From assembly GCA_965243125.1 (NCBI GenBank), contig OZ251529.1, forward strand, positions 1,683,729 to 1,747,728: 64,000 nucleotides of DNA, in the 5' to 3' direction. Of the stretch, positions 52,848-62,326 are shown one piece after another. A program made the translations under genes and the position numbers. The DNA is from Dehalococcoidia bacterium (GTDB lineage Bacteria > Chloroflexota > Dehalococcoidia > Bin125). The notes beneath the pieces are model-generated. The model ran no database searches. It saw nothing but the letters and a program-made list of their open reading frames with translations, and was not told where the DNA came from. Each line of letters begins with the position of its first letter. The first letter of the stretch is position 1.

Positions 52848-53648
52848 TCATACCGCCGCCGACCAGCGCCGCCCCAGAAAGTCGAGCACGACGGCGTTGA
52901 AGTGCTGCGGCTGCTCGAAGTAGACGGAGTGTCCCGCATCGGGCACGCAGACGTACTCGCTGCCCTGCATCGCGCGGTGCGACGCCTCCATCGCTGTCGC
53001 CGGCACGATTCGGTCGTGCTCGCCGATGATGAACAGCAGCGGCATGCCGAGCTGCCGCATCATCGGCATCGTGGAGCCGCGCCAGGTGGCGAGCCCGGGC
53101 GTGGGCGCGAGGAACGTGCCGGGGCGCGGCGGATTCCAGCCATTCATGCGGCGGTAGAGCCAGGTTAGTTCGGGGCGCTCGCGCTCGGTCGCCGGCGCCA
53201 GCGCGCGCTGGCGCAGCGTCTGGCCGCGCACTTCCTCGTAGTGGCGAGCCTGAATGGCCCGCACCTCGTCGTTGACCAGCCCCGCCAGCGTGCCGGAGAG
53301 GATTAAGGCGCGGATGCGTCCCGGGAAGAGCATCGCAAACGGGGTGGCGGTACGCCCGCCCATTGAGTGCGCGATCATTGCAAAGTCCTCAATGCCGAGC
53401 TGATCGAGCAGCGCGTGCAGGTCGTAGGGGAAGGCGCGTCGGCCGGGTCCGCCGGGCACATCGCGGCTCAAACCGAAACTGCGGTGATCGAACGTCACGA
53501 CGCGGTAGTGCTCCGCGAACGCGGGTACCTGCTGCCACCAGACGAGGTGGTTGCCGCCCGCGCCGTGCGCGAGCACCAGCGCCGGCGCGTCCTTCGCGCC
53601 GTGGCATTCGTACCAGAGGTCGATCTCGTTGCAGCGCAGAAACGGCAT
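52848..53648 (-). CDS. alpha/beta-fold hydrolase
   Basis: The nucleophile elbow is AHSMGG. The HGAGGN region forms the oxyanion loop, and catalytic His is in DAGHSV. Confidence 0.8.
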   Translation of the reverse strand: MPFLRCNEIDLWYECHGAKDAPALVLAHGAGGNHLVWWQQVPAFAEHYRVVTFDHRSFGLSRDVPGGPGRRAFPYDLHALLDQLGIEDFAMIAHSMGGRTATPFAMLFPGRIRALILSGTLAGLVNDEVRAIQARHYEEVRGQTLRQRALAPATERERPELTWLYRRMNGWNPPRPGTFLAPTPGLATWRGSTMPMMRQLGMPLLFIIGEHDRIVPATAMEASHRAMQGSEYVCVPDAGHSVYFEQPQHFNAVVLDFLGRRWSAAV

Positions 53649-53662
53649 CAAGCGAGCGCCGC

Positions 53663-54145
53663 TCAGTCCGCCTGGGCGGCGGCGAGCACCATTTCGAGCG
53701 CGCGGATCGCGGTCAACCGCTTGTTGCCCTCGCGGTCTTCCGCCCAGACATGCCGCTCCGCCGCGATGCGGTCGCCCGGACCGACCGCCGCGATCCAGAC
53801 GGTGCCGACGGGACGCTCCTCGTTGCCGCCGGTCGGTCCGGTGATGCCCGTCTCCGCCACGCCGATATCGGCGTTGAGCGTGTCGCGCACGCCGCGCGCC
53901 ATCGCCACCGCCGCCTCTTCGGAGACCGAGCCGTGTTCGCGCAGCAGCTCGCGATCGACGCCGATCAGGTTGATCTTCGGATGATTGTGATAGGGCGACG
54001 CGCCGCCGATCCAGGCGCGGCTGCAACCGGGGATGTCGGTGATCCAGTGCCCGATCAGGCCGCCCGTGTCGGTCTCGGCGGTGGCCAGGGTCAGCCCCCG
54101 CTCGGTCAGCGTGTCGACAATGGTTTGCGCCAGCGCTTCGGCCAT
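53663..54145 (-). CDS. CinA C-terminal domain protein (nicotinamide-nucleotide amidohydrolase PncC-like)
   Basis: The motifs LATAETDTGGL and GVAETGITGPTGG are present. Confidence 0.85.
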   Translation of the reverse strand: MAEALAQTIVDTLTERGLTLATAETDTGGLIGHWITDIPGCSRAWIGGASPYHNHPKINLIGVDRELLREHGSVSEEAAVAMARGVRDTLNADIGVAETGITGPTGGNEERPVGTVWIAAVGPGDRIAAERHVWAEDREGNKRLTAIRALEMVLAAAQAD

Positions 54146-54149
54146 CGGA

Positions 54150-54470
54150 TCAGTCCTCGTCCTCGCCGATGCCGGCGTGCGAGTCCCACTTGAAGATCAG
54201 GATCAGGATGAAGGTGACGAGCACCAGGAACGGTGCGAGCATGATCGAGAACTCGAACCACTCCTCGCGATCGAAGTTGTTGACGCCGGTCCCGCCCTCG
54301 TCGGGCGCGGCCTGGAGTGCGAGCTCCGCCGTCGGTCCGGCCGGCGGCGCGTCGGCCGCCAGCGCATCGCCGGCCGCCAGCGCGCCCAGCGCGACGATCA
54401 TCACCGCCGCAGCGGCGAGCGTCAGCGCCACGCGCCGCGCAGCTGCTGCGAACATCGTCCGAATTCTCAT
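54150..54470 (-). CDS. small membrane protein (signal peptide plus C-terminal TM)
   Basis: It carries a hydrophobic N-terminal stretch and a C-terminal TM helix. Confidence 0.4.
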   Translation of the reverse strand: MRIRTMFAAAARRVALTLAAAAVMIVALGALAAGDALAADAPPAGPTAELALQAAPDEGGTGVNNFDREEWFEFSIMLAPFLVLVTFILILIFKWDSHAGIGEDED

Positions 54471-54502
54471 CACGGCCGCTCCTCCCTCAAGATCGTCCGC
54501 GC

Positions 54503-55804
54503 TTACTCCAGCGCGCCTTCGGCGGTCAGCGCGTCGATTCGCTCCTGATCGTAGCCGAGCATGCGGCTGAGCACGAAATGGGTGTCTTCGCCCAACCGCG
54601 GCGAGGGCGAGACGATCTCGGCGGGCGTCTCCGAGAAGCGCCAGGGCGGCGCGAGCACGGTGCGCTGGCGCGTCTCCGGCGGGCGGATCGGCACGCCGGC
54701 GCCGCGCGCCTGAAACTGCTCCGAGGCGTGGATGTCCGCGCCCCACATCGAGGGGCTGGCCGGCACGCCCGCTTCACGCAGCGTTTCCGACGCGGCCAGC
54801 GCCGACTGCTCGCTCGTCCACGCCTCAATCGGCGCGCGCAGCTCTTCGCGGTGCTTCCAGCGCCGCAGACCGGTGCGGAAGCGCGGATCGGCGCGCAGGT
54901 GATCCAACCCCGCCGCGTCGCACAGACTCTCCCACTCGGCGTCGTTGCGGCAGGCGATCGCCAGCCACGCTCCGTCGCTGCCATCATCGGAGCCAGACGC
55001 GCCGTTGGGCTCGCGCATTGCGGCGCAGCGGTAGACATCGTGCGGCGCCCAGGCGCGGTGGCCGTTGCCCAGCCGCTCGCCGTCGTCGCCCAGCAGCGAG
55101 ACGCGCAGGAACTCCTCGCCCATATGCATCGCGATCGCCTCGCGCGAGGAGGCATCCACAAACTGCCCCAGTCCGGTGCGGTCGCGGTAGTGCAGACCGG
55201 CGAGCATTGCGAAGGCGGCCGCGGTGCCCGCTCGCAGATCGATCGAGCCGCCCATCGTGAGCGGCGGCTCGTCGGGCGCGCCGGAGAGGTAGGCGAGCCC
55301 GGCCAGCGCGGCGAAGGTCGGCGCGTAGCCGGTGTAGTTGCGCTCCGGCCCCGATGCGCCCAGCGCGCTGGCGGAGACCAGCACGATGTCTTCGCGCTGC
55401 TCGCGCAGCGACTCGTAGCCCAGCCCCAGCTTGTCCAGCGTGCCCGGGCGGAAGTTGTCGATCGCGCCGTCCGCCGTCGCCGCCAGATCGCGCACCACCT
55501 GCTTCGCGCCATCCTCTTTGAGATTGAGCTGAATGGAGAGCTTGTTGAGGTTAAGTTCGTTGAACATCGGCGCCTGGTTGACGCCGCCGCGGAACGCGCC
55601 CATCGCCAGCGAGCGCTGGCGACTGTGGTCGATCCGCGTGCGCGACTCGACCTTGATCACCTCCGCACCGAGCAGCGCCAGCAGCATCGCGCCGTACGGT
55701 CCGGCCCAGGCCCAGGTGAAGTCGATGATCCGCCGCCCCGCCAGCGGGCCGCGATGCGCGATCGACGCGAGCGGGAACTGGCCGTTGGCTCCGTTGCTGC
55801 TCAT
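54503..55804 (-). CDS. family III CoA-transferase (CaiB/BaiF)
   Basis: The N-terminal region is LAGRRIIDFTWAWAGPYGAMLLALLGAEVIKVES. Start was chosen at MSSNGANG, which overlaps the upstream stop as ATGA. Confidence 0.85.
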   Translation of the reverse strand: MSSNGANGQFPLASIAHRGPLAGRRIIDFTWAWAGPYGAMLLALLGAEVIKVESRTRIDHSRQRSLAMGAFRGGVNQAPMFNELNLNKLSIQLNLKEDGAKQVVRDLAATADGAIDNFRPGTLDKLGLGYESLREQREDIVLVSASALGASGPERNYTGYAPTFAALAGLAYLSGAPDEPPLTMGGSIDLRAGTAAAFAMLAGLHYRDRTGLGQFVDASSREAIAMHMGEEFLRVSLLGDDGERLGNGHRAWAPHDVYRCAAMREPNGASGSDDGSDGAWLAIACRNDAEWESLCDAAGLDHLRADPRFRTGLRRWKHREELRAPIEAWTSEQSALAASETLREAGVPASPSMWGADIHASEQFQARGAGVPIRPPETRQRTVLAPPWRFSETPAEIVSPSPRLGEDTHFVLSRMLGYDQERIDALTAEGALE

Positions 55805-57015
55805 GCGATCACTCCCGCCCGCCGCGCCTGCGCCGGCGTCCAGGGCGCGAGCTGCGGCGCGGCCAGCTCGTTGGTCGCTTCGCCGAGTTGCGGAGCGGGC
55901 GCGCGCGCCGCCCTCGGCGTCTCCGTCCACTCCGCCGCGAACTGCGCGTAGGACGCCGGACCGACCGCTGGATGCTCAAGCGTCTCGAAAAAACCGCGCA
56001 GCTGTTCCTGCTCGGAGACCATCACCTCCGAGGGGCGCAGCACTGGCCCGGCCGGGGCGCTTTCGGCCTGCAACAGGCGGTAGACCTCGTCGCGCGTTCG
56101 CGCGCCCGCCCACTCGTCGATCGCTTCCTGCGCCGTATCCGCCATTTCCAGTCGGTCGCGCAGCTTGCCCTCTTCGTCGTAGGCCCAGGGTGGATCGCCC
56201 ATTGCGCTCAGCAGCCCGCGCCACTGGTGCGGCTGCGGCGTCACTGTGATCACGTGCCCGTCGGCGCAGTCCATCCGCCCGCCGAACGAGGTACGCCCGC
56301 TGCGCATAATCGGCGGCGGGCCGCCGTCGTTGGCGGCGATTGAGATGTCCACCCGATCAATCGTCATCATCGCCTCCGTCGCCGCCACATCCACAATCTG
56401 CCCCTCGCCCGTGCGATCGCGCGCGAGCAGCGCGGCCCAGACCGCCAGCGCGAGCGCCAGTCCCGCGTCTGCCTCGTGGACGCGCGCGCCGGCCATAATC
56501 GGCGAGCCGCCGTCCGCGCCCAGGTTGCGCCGCACGCCCGCCGCCGCGCCCGAGGCGTGCGCCCGCGTCAGCGCGCTCGATGGCCATTCGGCGGCGGGTC
56601 CGTCCAGCCCCCACGGGGTGAGCGCTGCGATGATCAGCCGCGGATGCGCCTCGCGCAGCGCCTCCGGCGCCAGCCCCGCCTCTTCCAGGCAGCTGGGCGG
56701 CCAGTCGGTCACCAGCACATCGGCGTCGCGCAGCAGCCCTTGCAGCACCCGTTTCCCGGCGACGGTGAGCAGATCGAGCGACACGCTGCGCTTCGAGGTG
56801 TTGTAGTGCAGGAAGACGGTCGAAGTCTCGCGCCCCGGCCCGGCGCCCGCGAACGGAGCCATCCGCCGCGCCGGATCCCCGCCCGGCGGCTCCACCTTGA
56901 TCGTCTCCGCCCCCGCGTCAGCCAGCAGCTTGCCGGCAAACGGCGCGGCCACCTCGGTGGCCAGCTCTACCACGCGCAGCCCGTCCAGCAGCGTCGGTTT
57001 CGGAGCGTTCGTCAT
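55801..57015 (-). CDS. family III CoA-transferase (CaiB/BaiF)
   Basis: The N-terminal region is LDGLRVVELATEVAAPFAGKLLADAGAETIKVEPPGGDP. Start was chosen at MTNAPKP. Confidence 0.85.
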   Translation of the reverse strand: MTNAPKPTLLDGLRVVELATEVAAPFAGKLLADAGAETIKVEPPGGDPARRMAPFAGAGPGRETSTVFLHYNTSKRSVSLDLLTVAGKRVLQGLLRDADVLVTDWPPSCLEEAGLAPEALREAHPRLIIAALTPWGLDGPAAEWPSSALTRAHASGAAAGVRRNLGADGGSPIMAGARVHEADAGLALALAVWAALLARDRTGEGQIVDVAATEAMMTIDRVDISIAANDGGPPPIMRSGRTSFGGRMDCADGHVITVTPQPHQWRGLLSAMGDPPWAYDEEGKLRDRLEMADTAQEAIDEWAGARTRDEVYRLLQAESAPAGPVLRPSEVMVSEQEQLRGFFETLEHPAVGPASYAQFAAEWTETPRAARAPAPQLGEATNELAAPQLAPWTPAQARRAGVIA

Positions 57016-57119
57016 GCCAACAGCCTCACCGATGCGCAGTCTACGCCCCACCCCCACCCAAGCGACAGCCACCCGGCGATTGGTAGGCTGCGAACAGGAC
57101 AACGACAGCGAGGCCCACG

Positions 57120-57602
57120 ATGGTGAGGATGAGGCAAATCGCCCATGAGTTGCTGAAGACAGTCGACGCGTCGGAGCTGCGCGCCGACCCGGCCGCGCTT
57201 GTGGCGCAGCTGGAGAGCTTCGACGATCGGATCACGATCATGCGCAACGGCAAACCCGCTGTCACCCTCTGGGGCTACGAGCAGACCCCGATTCACAACT
57301 GGAAACAGAACGACGAAGGCGAATGGGTGGAATACACCCACGACTGGCGGGAGAGTGCGTTCGGGCGCATCGTGCAGCTCGGCGATCTGGCGGCGAAGTT
57401 CGACGCGCTCGCCGATGATCTGGAGGCCAACGCCGGCGGTGCGCTGATCAAATCAGGCGACGAGCGGGTGGCGGAGTTGACGCCCTACCGGCCGTCATGG
57501 TTCGGACGTTCGCTCAGGAAGCAGCAGTTCCTCAACGAACATAACGAACGCATGGACGCTGAGCAAGAGGCAAGGGCTGCGGCGTCAGGAGATGGGAGTT
57601 GA
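57120..57602 (+). CDS. Phd/YefM-family antitoxin with C-terminal extension
   Basis: The Phd/YefM core is LKTVDASELRADPAALVAQLESFDDRITIMRNGKPAVTLWG. It overlaps the downstream PIN toxin gene. Confidence 0.65.
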   Translation: MVRMRQIAHELLKTVDASELRADPAALVAQLESFDDRITIMRNGKPAVTLWGYEQTPIHNWKQNDEGEWVEYTHDWRESAFGRIVQLGDLAAKFDALADDLEANAGGALIKSGDERVAELTPYRPSWFGRSLRKQQFLNEHNERMDAEQEARAAASGDGS

Positions 57603-57997
57603 TCCTCCTCGACACGCAGACATTGGGCTGGCACGACCAGGCCGACCGCCGCCTCGGTCCACGTACGCGGGCCATGATCGAGCGGCACTGGCGGCAGAGG
57701 GAAGTCGCTGTCTCCGCGCTCTCGTTCTGGGAAATCACGATGAACCACGGCGCTCGGGATTTCCGCAGAATTCCCGACATCCGAGTGTGGCGGAACGATC
57801 TGCTCAAAGACGGGCTGATCGAGATTCCCGTGGATGATGAGATCGCGATCGCGGCGGGCCGGATCACTGGCATGCACGGCGATCCCGGCGATCGGATCAT
57901 CGTGGCGACCGCGTTTCGCGCCGAAACGCTGGTGACCTCCGACGAGCGGATTATGCGCTGGGGTGGACAGCTCGATCGCGTCTACGCCTACGACTGA
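57599..57997 (+). CDS. vapC: PIN-domain toxin VapC
   Basis: Four PIN acidic sites appear in LLDTQ, SFWEI, DPGDRIIVATA and VTSD. The start is TTG, overlapping the antitoxin stop. Confidence 0.7.
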   Translation: MILLDTQTLGWHDQADRRLGPRTRAMIERHWRQREVAVSALSFWEITMNHGARDFRRIPDIRVWRNDLLKDGLIEIPVDDEIAIAAGRITGMHGDPGDRIIVATAFRAETLVTSDERIMRWGGQLDRVYAYD

Positions 57998-58074
57998 GCG
58001 GCCGCCGACGCCCGCGCCCATCCTCCTAAAGGCCTGCCAGCTATTGGTACGCTGACGGCGGATCGGAGCCGAGC

Positions 58075-58563
58075 ATGGTGATGGCGGAGGACACAGCCCT
58101 GGAAGGCTTGACGGTGCTGGACGCCGCGGAACTGGCGGTGCGCTGCCAGGAAATCGTGGATCAGGCTGTGCGCAGCGACGACCGACTCGTGCTCACCAGC
58201 GACGGCCGCCCCATCGCCTATCTGGAGCGCTACGAACCGCCGCCGCGGCCCTTCTACGTGCGCCCGTCGCCTGAAGGCGGCGGCGCATCCGAGCGCGTCT
58301 ACCGCGAGGTCGTCGAGACCATCCACCGGTCCGTCAAGGTGGCGGAGCTGCAAGCGCAATCGCCCGACCTGGTCGAGCAGGCCGCCGCCAACGACTGGCG
58401 CGTGCTGGTCCGGAATCGCAACGGCCCCGATGCGATGCTCACCCACTACGCCTGGCGCGGCCGTCAGACCTCGCCCGCCACCGCGGTCAGCGATATTGAC
58501 TGGGATGTCGGCGAAGTGTGGAACGCCACCCTCGACGGTCCGCCGGCGGGCGAGTCGCCGTGA
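58075..58563 (+). CDS. two-domain Phd/YefM-like antitoxin
   Basis: The N-terminal Phd core is TVLDAAELAVRCQEIVDQAVRSDDRLVLTSDGRPIAYLERYE. A second Phd-like segment is VKVAELQAQSPDLVEQAAANDWRVLVRNRNGPDAMLTHY. Confidence 0.6.
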   Translation: MVMAEDTALEGLTVLDAAELAVRCQEIVDQAVRSDDRLVLTSDGRPIAYLERYEPPPRPFYVRPSPEGGGASERVYREVVETIHRSVKVAELQAQSPDLVEQAAANDWRVLVRNRNGPDAMLTHYAWRGRQTSPATAVSDIDWDVGEVWNATLDGPPAGESP

Positions 58564-58958
58564 TTCTGTCCGACACGCAGACACTCTACTGGTGGCGCGA
58601 GGATCGTGGGCGTCTTGGTACGAACGCGCTCGCGGTGCTTGATGCGGCGTGGGACGCACGCAACCTGGCGGCCTCTGCAATCTCATTCTGGGAAATCGGG
58701 ATGCTCGAGTCGAAGGGGCGGCTGTCGCTTCCTGTCAACGCCGACCAATGGCGGCTGGATCTGCTCAACGAAGGGCTTGCGGAGATACCCGTCGATGGCG
58801 GAATCGGCCTCCGCGCGGCCTACCTCGCCAACTTCCATGGCGACCCTGCGGATCGCATCATCGTCGCGACCGCCCTCAACGACCATCAACTCCTGACCAC
58901 CGATCGCGAAATCCTGGATTGGGATGGCTCGCTTCAGCGAATCGATGCTCGGCGATAG
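58560..58958 (+). CDS. vapC: PIN-domain toxin VapC (second copy)
   Basis: PIN motifs appear in ILSDTQ, SFWEI, DPADRIIVATA and LTTD. The GTG start overlaps the antitoxin stop as GTGA. Confidence 0.7.
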   Translation: MILSDTQTLYWWREDRGRLGTNALAVLDAAWDARNLAASAISFWEIGMLESKGRLSLPVNADQWRLDLLNEGLAEIPVDGGIGLRAAYLANFHGDPADRIIVATALNDHQLLTTDREILDWDGSLQRIDARR

Positions 58959-59006
58959 CCGCTGCCATGAAAAGCTCGGTACGCTGGCAACGGATCGGAG
59001 CCAACC

Positions 59007-59507
59007 ATGGTGATGGCGGAGGACACAGCCCTCGAAGGCTTGACGGTGCTGGACGCCACGGAACTGGCGGTGCGCTGCCAGGAACTCGTGGACGAGGCAG
59101 TGAGCAGCGAGGACCGACTCGTGCTCACCGGCGACGGCCGCCCCATCGCCTATCTGGAGCGCTACGAACCGCCGCCGCGGCCCTTCTACGTGCGCCCGTC
59201 GCCTGAAGGCGGCGGCGCATCCGAGCGCGTCTACCGCGAGGTTGTCGAGACCATCCATCGGTCCGTCAAGGTGGCGGAGCTGCAAGCGCAATCGCCCGAC
59301 CTGGTCGAGCAGGCCGCCGCCAACGACTGGCGCGTGCTGGTCCGGAATCGCAACGGCCCCGACGCCATGCTCATCCGCTACTTCTGGGACGGGATGCATC
59401 GCAACTCCGGGATCGACAACGGCGACCTCGTCACGGCGGTCCGCGAGCTACGCGACGAGATGGCCGCGGAAGCCGAGCGGTCGATGAACCGAAAGTTCCC
59501 CCCATGA
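59007..59507 (+). CDS. orphan duplicate of the two-domain Phd/YefM-like antitoxin (no cognate toxin follows)
   Basis: Its first 120 aa or so are about 93% identical to 58075-58563, with a divergent C-terminus. Confidence 0.6.
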   Translation: MVMAEDTALEGLTVLDATELAVRCQELVDEAVSSEDRLVLTGDGRPIAYLERYEPPPRPFYVRPSPEGGGASERVYREVVETIHRSVKVAELQAQSPDLVEQAAANDWRVLVRNRNGPDAMLIRYFWDGMHRNSGIDNGDLVTAVRELRDEMAAEAERSMNRKFPP

Positions 59508-59573
59508 CAATGTTCGACACGCACGCCCTGCTCTCGTGATAGTAGCGGCGCCCGCGCTAGACTCAGCCCCAGC

Positions 59574-60785
59574 GTGACTGACACCAACGACCCCCAGGAC
59601 ATCGCCCCCCCCTTTGACGGCGTCCGCGTGCTCGAGCTCGCCGAGGGCATCTCCGGTCCCTTCGCCGGGCGCTGGCTCGCCGCGCTCGGCGCTGACGTCG
59701 TCAAAATCGAGCGCACCACCGGCGACCCCTCCCGCGCCTTCGGCCCCTGGCCCGACGACCTCCCCGACGACGAAACCAGCGGCCTCCACCTCTACCTCAA
59801 CGGCGGCAAGCGGAGCGTCACGCTCAACCTCGACACCTCCGACGGGCGCGCGATCCTCGAAGAGCTGGTCGCCGACGCCGAAATCGTGATCGAATCGTTC
59901 GCGCCCGGCTACCTGGCCGAGCGCGGCCTGGACTACGACGCGCTTTCCGCACAGCGCCCCCAACTGGTGATGATCTCAATCACTCCCTTCGGCCGGACAG
60001 GCCCTAACGCCGACCTGCCCGCCACCGAACTCACCCTCTTCGCCGCCTGCGGCCAACTCTGGCTGACCGGCGACCCGGCCCGCAGCCCGCTCAAAAACGG
60101 CGGCTCGCAGCCCTCCTACCAGGCCGGCCTCAACGCCCTCGCCGCCGTGACCGCCGCCTACTACGGCGCTCTTGCCCACGGACAGGGCGCGCACATCGAC
60201 CTGGCCATGCAGGAAACCTACGCCGCCATGGCCGAAGCCTTCATGACCCGCGCCTCGCAGCTCGGCATCGAGACGATGCGCTCCGGCAACAACCTCAACG
60301 CCCTCTGGGGCATCTACCCCACCGCCGACGGCTACGGCGGCGTCTGCGCCCTCCCGCGCAACTTCCCCGGCCTCGTCGAAGCGCTCGACATGGAGGAAAT
60401 CCGCGATCCCCGCTTCGCCGAGCCCGCCGGCCGGCTCGAACATAACGACGAGCTGATCGCCCTGCTCTACGGCTGGTTCGCCCAGCGCACCCGCGAGGAT
60501 CTGACCGAACTCGGCCTGCGCCACCGCGTCCCCTTCGGCTACGTCGCCTCGATCGCCGACCTCGTCGAATCCGAACACCTCAAACAGCGCGAATTCTTCA
60601 TCCAACAGGACCACCCCCGCGCCGGCGCGCTCAGCTTCCCCGGCCGCCTCTGGACCAGCAGCGAGCACGACTGGCGCAGCGAGCGCGCCCCCGAGCTCGG
60701 CGAACATAACGTCGCCGTCCTCCACCAGGAGCTCGGCTACGACCTCGAAGACCTCGTCCGTCTGCGTGAGCTCGACGCTATCTAG
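59574..60785 (+). CDS. family III CoA-transferase (CaiB/BaiF)
   Basis: The N-terminal region is FDGVRVLELAEGISGPFAGRWLAALGADVVKIERTTGDP. The start codon is GTG. Confidence 0.85.
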   Translation: MTDTNDPQDIAPPFDGVRVLELAEGISGPFAGRWLAALGADVVKIERTTGDPSRAFGPWPDDLPDDETSGLHLYLNGGKRSVTLNLDTSDGRAILEELVADAEIVIESFAPGYLAERGLDYDALSAQRPQLVMISITPFGRTGPNADLPATELTLFAACGQLWLTGDPARSPLKNGGSQPSYQAGLNALAAVTAAYYGALAHGQGAHIDLAMQETYAAMAEAFMTRASQLGIETMRSGNNLNALWGIYPTADGYGGVCALPRNFPGLVEALDMEEIRDPRFAEPAGRLEHNDELIALLYGWFAQRTREDLTELGLRHRVPFGYVASIADLVESEHLKQREFFIQQDHPRAGALSFPGRLWTSSEHDWRSERAPELGEHNVAVLHQELGYDLEDLVRLRELDAI

Positions 60786-60798
60786 GGAGCGCTACCCC

Positions 60799-62085
60799 AT
60801 GCCCGACCCCGGCCGACCCCTCAGCGGCGTCCGCGTCGCCGACCTCACGATGATCTGGGCCGGCCCCTACGCCACCAAAATCCTCGCCGACCAGGGTGCC
60901 GAAGTGATCAAAATCGAATCCCCCCGCGCCTGGGACAACATCCGCACCCTGCTCCCGCCGCCCACTGCGCCCGGCGAGCGCTGGTGGAACACCAACTTCT
61001 ACTTCCACGAGTACAGCCGCAACAAAAAGTCGCTCAGCCTCGACCTCGCCGCGCCCCGCGGCAAGGAAATCTTCGCCCGCCTCGTCGCCGAGTGCGACGT
61101 GGTGATCGAGAACTACCGCACCGACGTGATGGACAACCTCGGCCTCAGCTACGACTGGCTGTGCCAACAGCGCGAGGACATCATCGTCGTCGGCATGGCC
61201 GGCTTCGGCAAAACCGGCCCCGAGCGCAACGCCGTCGGCTACGGGCCGATCATCGAGATGATGTCCGGCCTCACCTCCACCAGCGGCTACGGCGACGACG
61301 GCATGCCCTACAAGAGCGGCATCTCCTACGGCGACCCCATCGCCGGCGTCACCGCCGCCGCCGCCGTCGCCACCGCCCTCATCCACCGCCGCCGCACCGG
61401 ACGCGGCCAATACATCGACCTTTCCCAGCGCGAAGCCATGTCCACGATGCTCGGCGAGTTCTATATGGACTGGTCGATGAACCGCCGGCTGCCCGAGCAT
61501 CAGGGCAACGGGCACGACTGGATGGCCCCGCACAACATCTACCCCTGCGCCGGCGAGGAGGAGTGGATCGCCATCTGCGTCCGCACCGACGCCGAATGGG
61601 ACGATCTCAAGCGCGTGATGGGCGCCCCCGCCTGGGCGGACGGCGAGGAATACTCAGACCAAATCCTCCGCTGGGAGCACCGCGAACAGCTCGACCGGGC
61701 AGTCGCAGAATGGACCTCAACGCGCAGCAAAGCCGAGCTGTTCGAGTCCCTGCGGGCGGAGCGCATCCCCTCCTCGCCCGTCTGGAAGACGCTTGAAGTG
61801 ATCCGCGACCCGCACCTCAAGGCCCGCGGCTACTACGAGCCGCTCCGCCACCCCGAAGTCGGCATCTGGAACGTCCACGGCTGGCTCTGGCGCACCGCCG
61901 GCGCAGGCCCCTGCGTGCTCGCCCCCGCCCCGGATTTCGGCCAACACAACGACGAAATCCTCGGCGGCCTGCTCGGCCTCAGCGCCGAAGAGCAGTCCGC
62001 CCTCGAAGCCGCCGGCATCACCGCCGCCCGCCCCGAAGGCATCCCCCTCGCCTCCGAAATGCCCGCCCAGCCCTCCCTCATCTAA
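60799..62085 (+). CDS. family III CoA-transferase (CaiB/BaiF)
   Basis: The N-terminal region is LSGVRVADLTMIWAGPYATKILADQGAEVIKIESP. Start was chosen at MPDPGRP, 14 bp after the previous stop. Confidence 0.85.
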   Translation: MPDPGRPLSGVRVADLTMIWAGPYATKILADQGAEVIKIESPRAWDNIRTLLPPPTAPGERWWNTNFYFHEYSRNKKSLSLDLAAPRGKEIFARLVAECDVVIENYRTDVMDNLGLSYDWLCQQREDIIVVGMAGFGKTGPERNAVGYGPIIEMMSGLTSTSGYGDDGMPYKSGISYGDPIAGVTAAAAVATALIHRRRTGRGQYIDLSQREAMSTMLGEFYMDWSMNRRLPEHQGNGHDWMAPHNIYPCAGEEEWIAICVRTDAEWDDLKRVMGAPAWADGEEYSDQILRWEHREQLDRAVAEWTSTRSKAELFESLRAERIPSSPVWKTLEVIRDPHLKARGYYEPLRHPEVGIWNVHGWLWRTAGAGPCVLAPAPDFGQHNDEILGGLLGLSAEEQSALEAAGITAARPEGIPLASEMPAQPSLI

Positions 62086-62094
62086 GCCCCGTCC

Positions 62095-62235
62095 ACCAAC
62101 CCGCCATACCCCCGCCCCCCTTTCCCCGTCATACCCGCCCCCTTTTCCTCGTCATACCCGCCCCCCTTTCCTCGTCATTCCCGCCCCCTTTCCCCGTCAT
62201 ACCCCCGCCCCCTTTTCCTCGTCATTCCCGCCCCC
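62095..62235. repeat. tandem array of about 5 copies of a 23-25-bp unit (cccc(c)ttt(t)cc(c/t)cgtcat(a/t)cccgc), the half-site of the CGTCAT hairpin, followed by one full hairpin element
   Basis: The direct repeats are contiguous with no spacers. Confidence 0.6.
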
Positions 62236-62326
62236 GAGCGGGAATCGGCCCCGAGTCCCCCTCCAACGTCGCGCTACACCACTCCCCCACTCCGTCGCCC
62301 CAGACTTGATCTGGGGCCCAAACCCA
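62220..62326. repeat. composite repeat shared with 33594-33696
   Basis: The two loci are near-identical. Confidence 0.6.

Noticed and set aside
62095-62235. Possible CRISPR array, given regular 24-bp direct repeats
   Set aside because: Repeat units are contiguous with no unique spacers, no cas genes are nearby, and the units are half-sites of the dispersed hairpin family. It was called a minisatellite.
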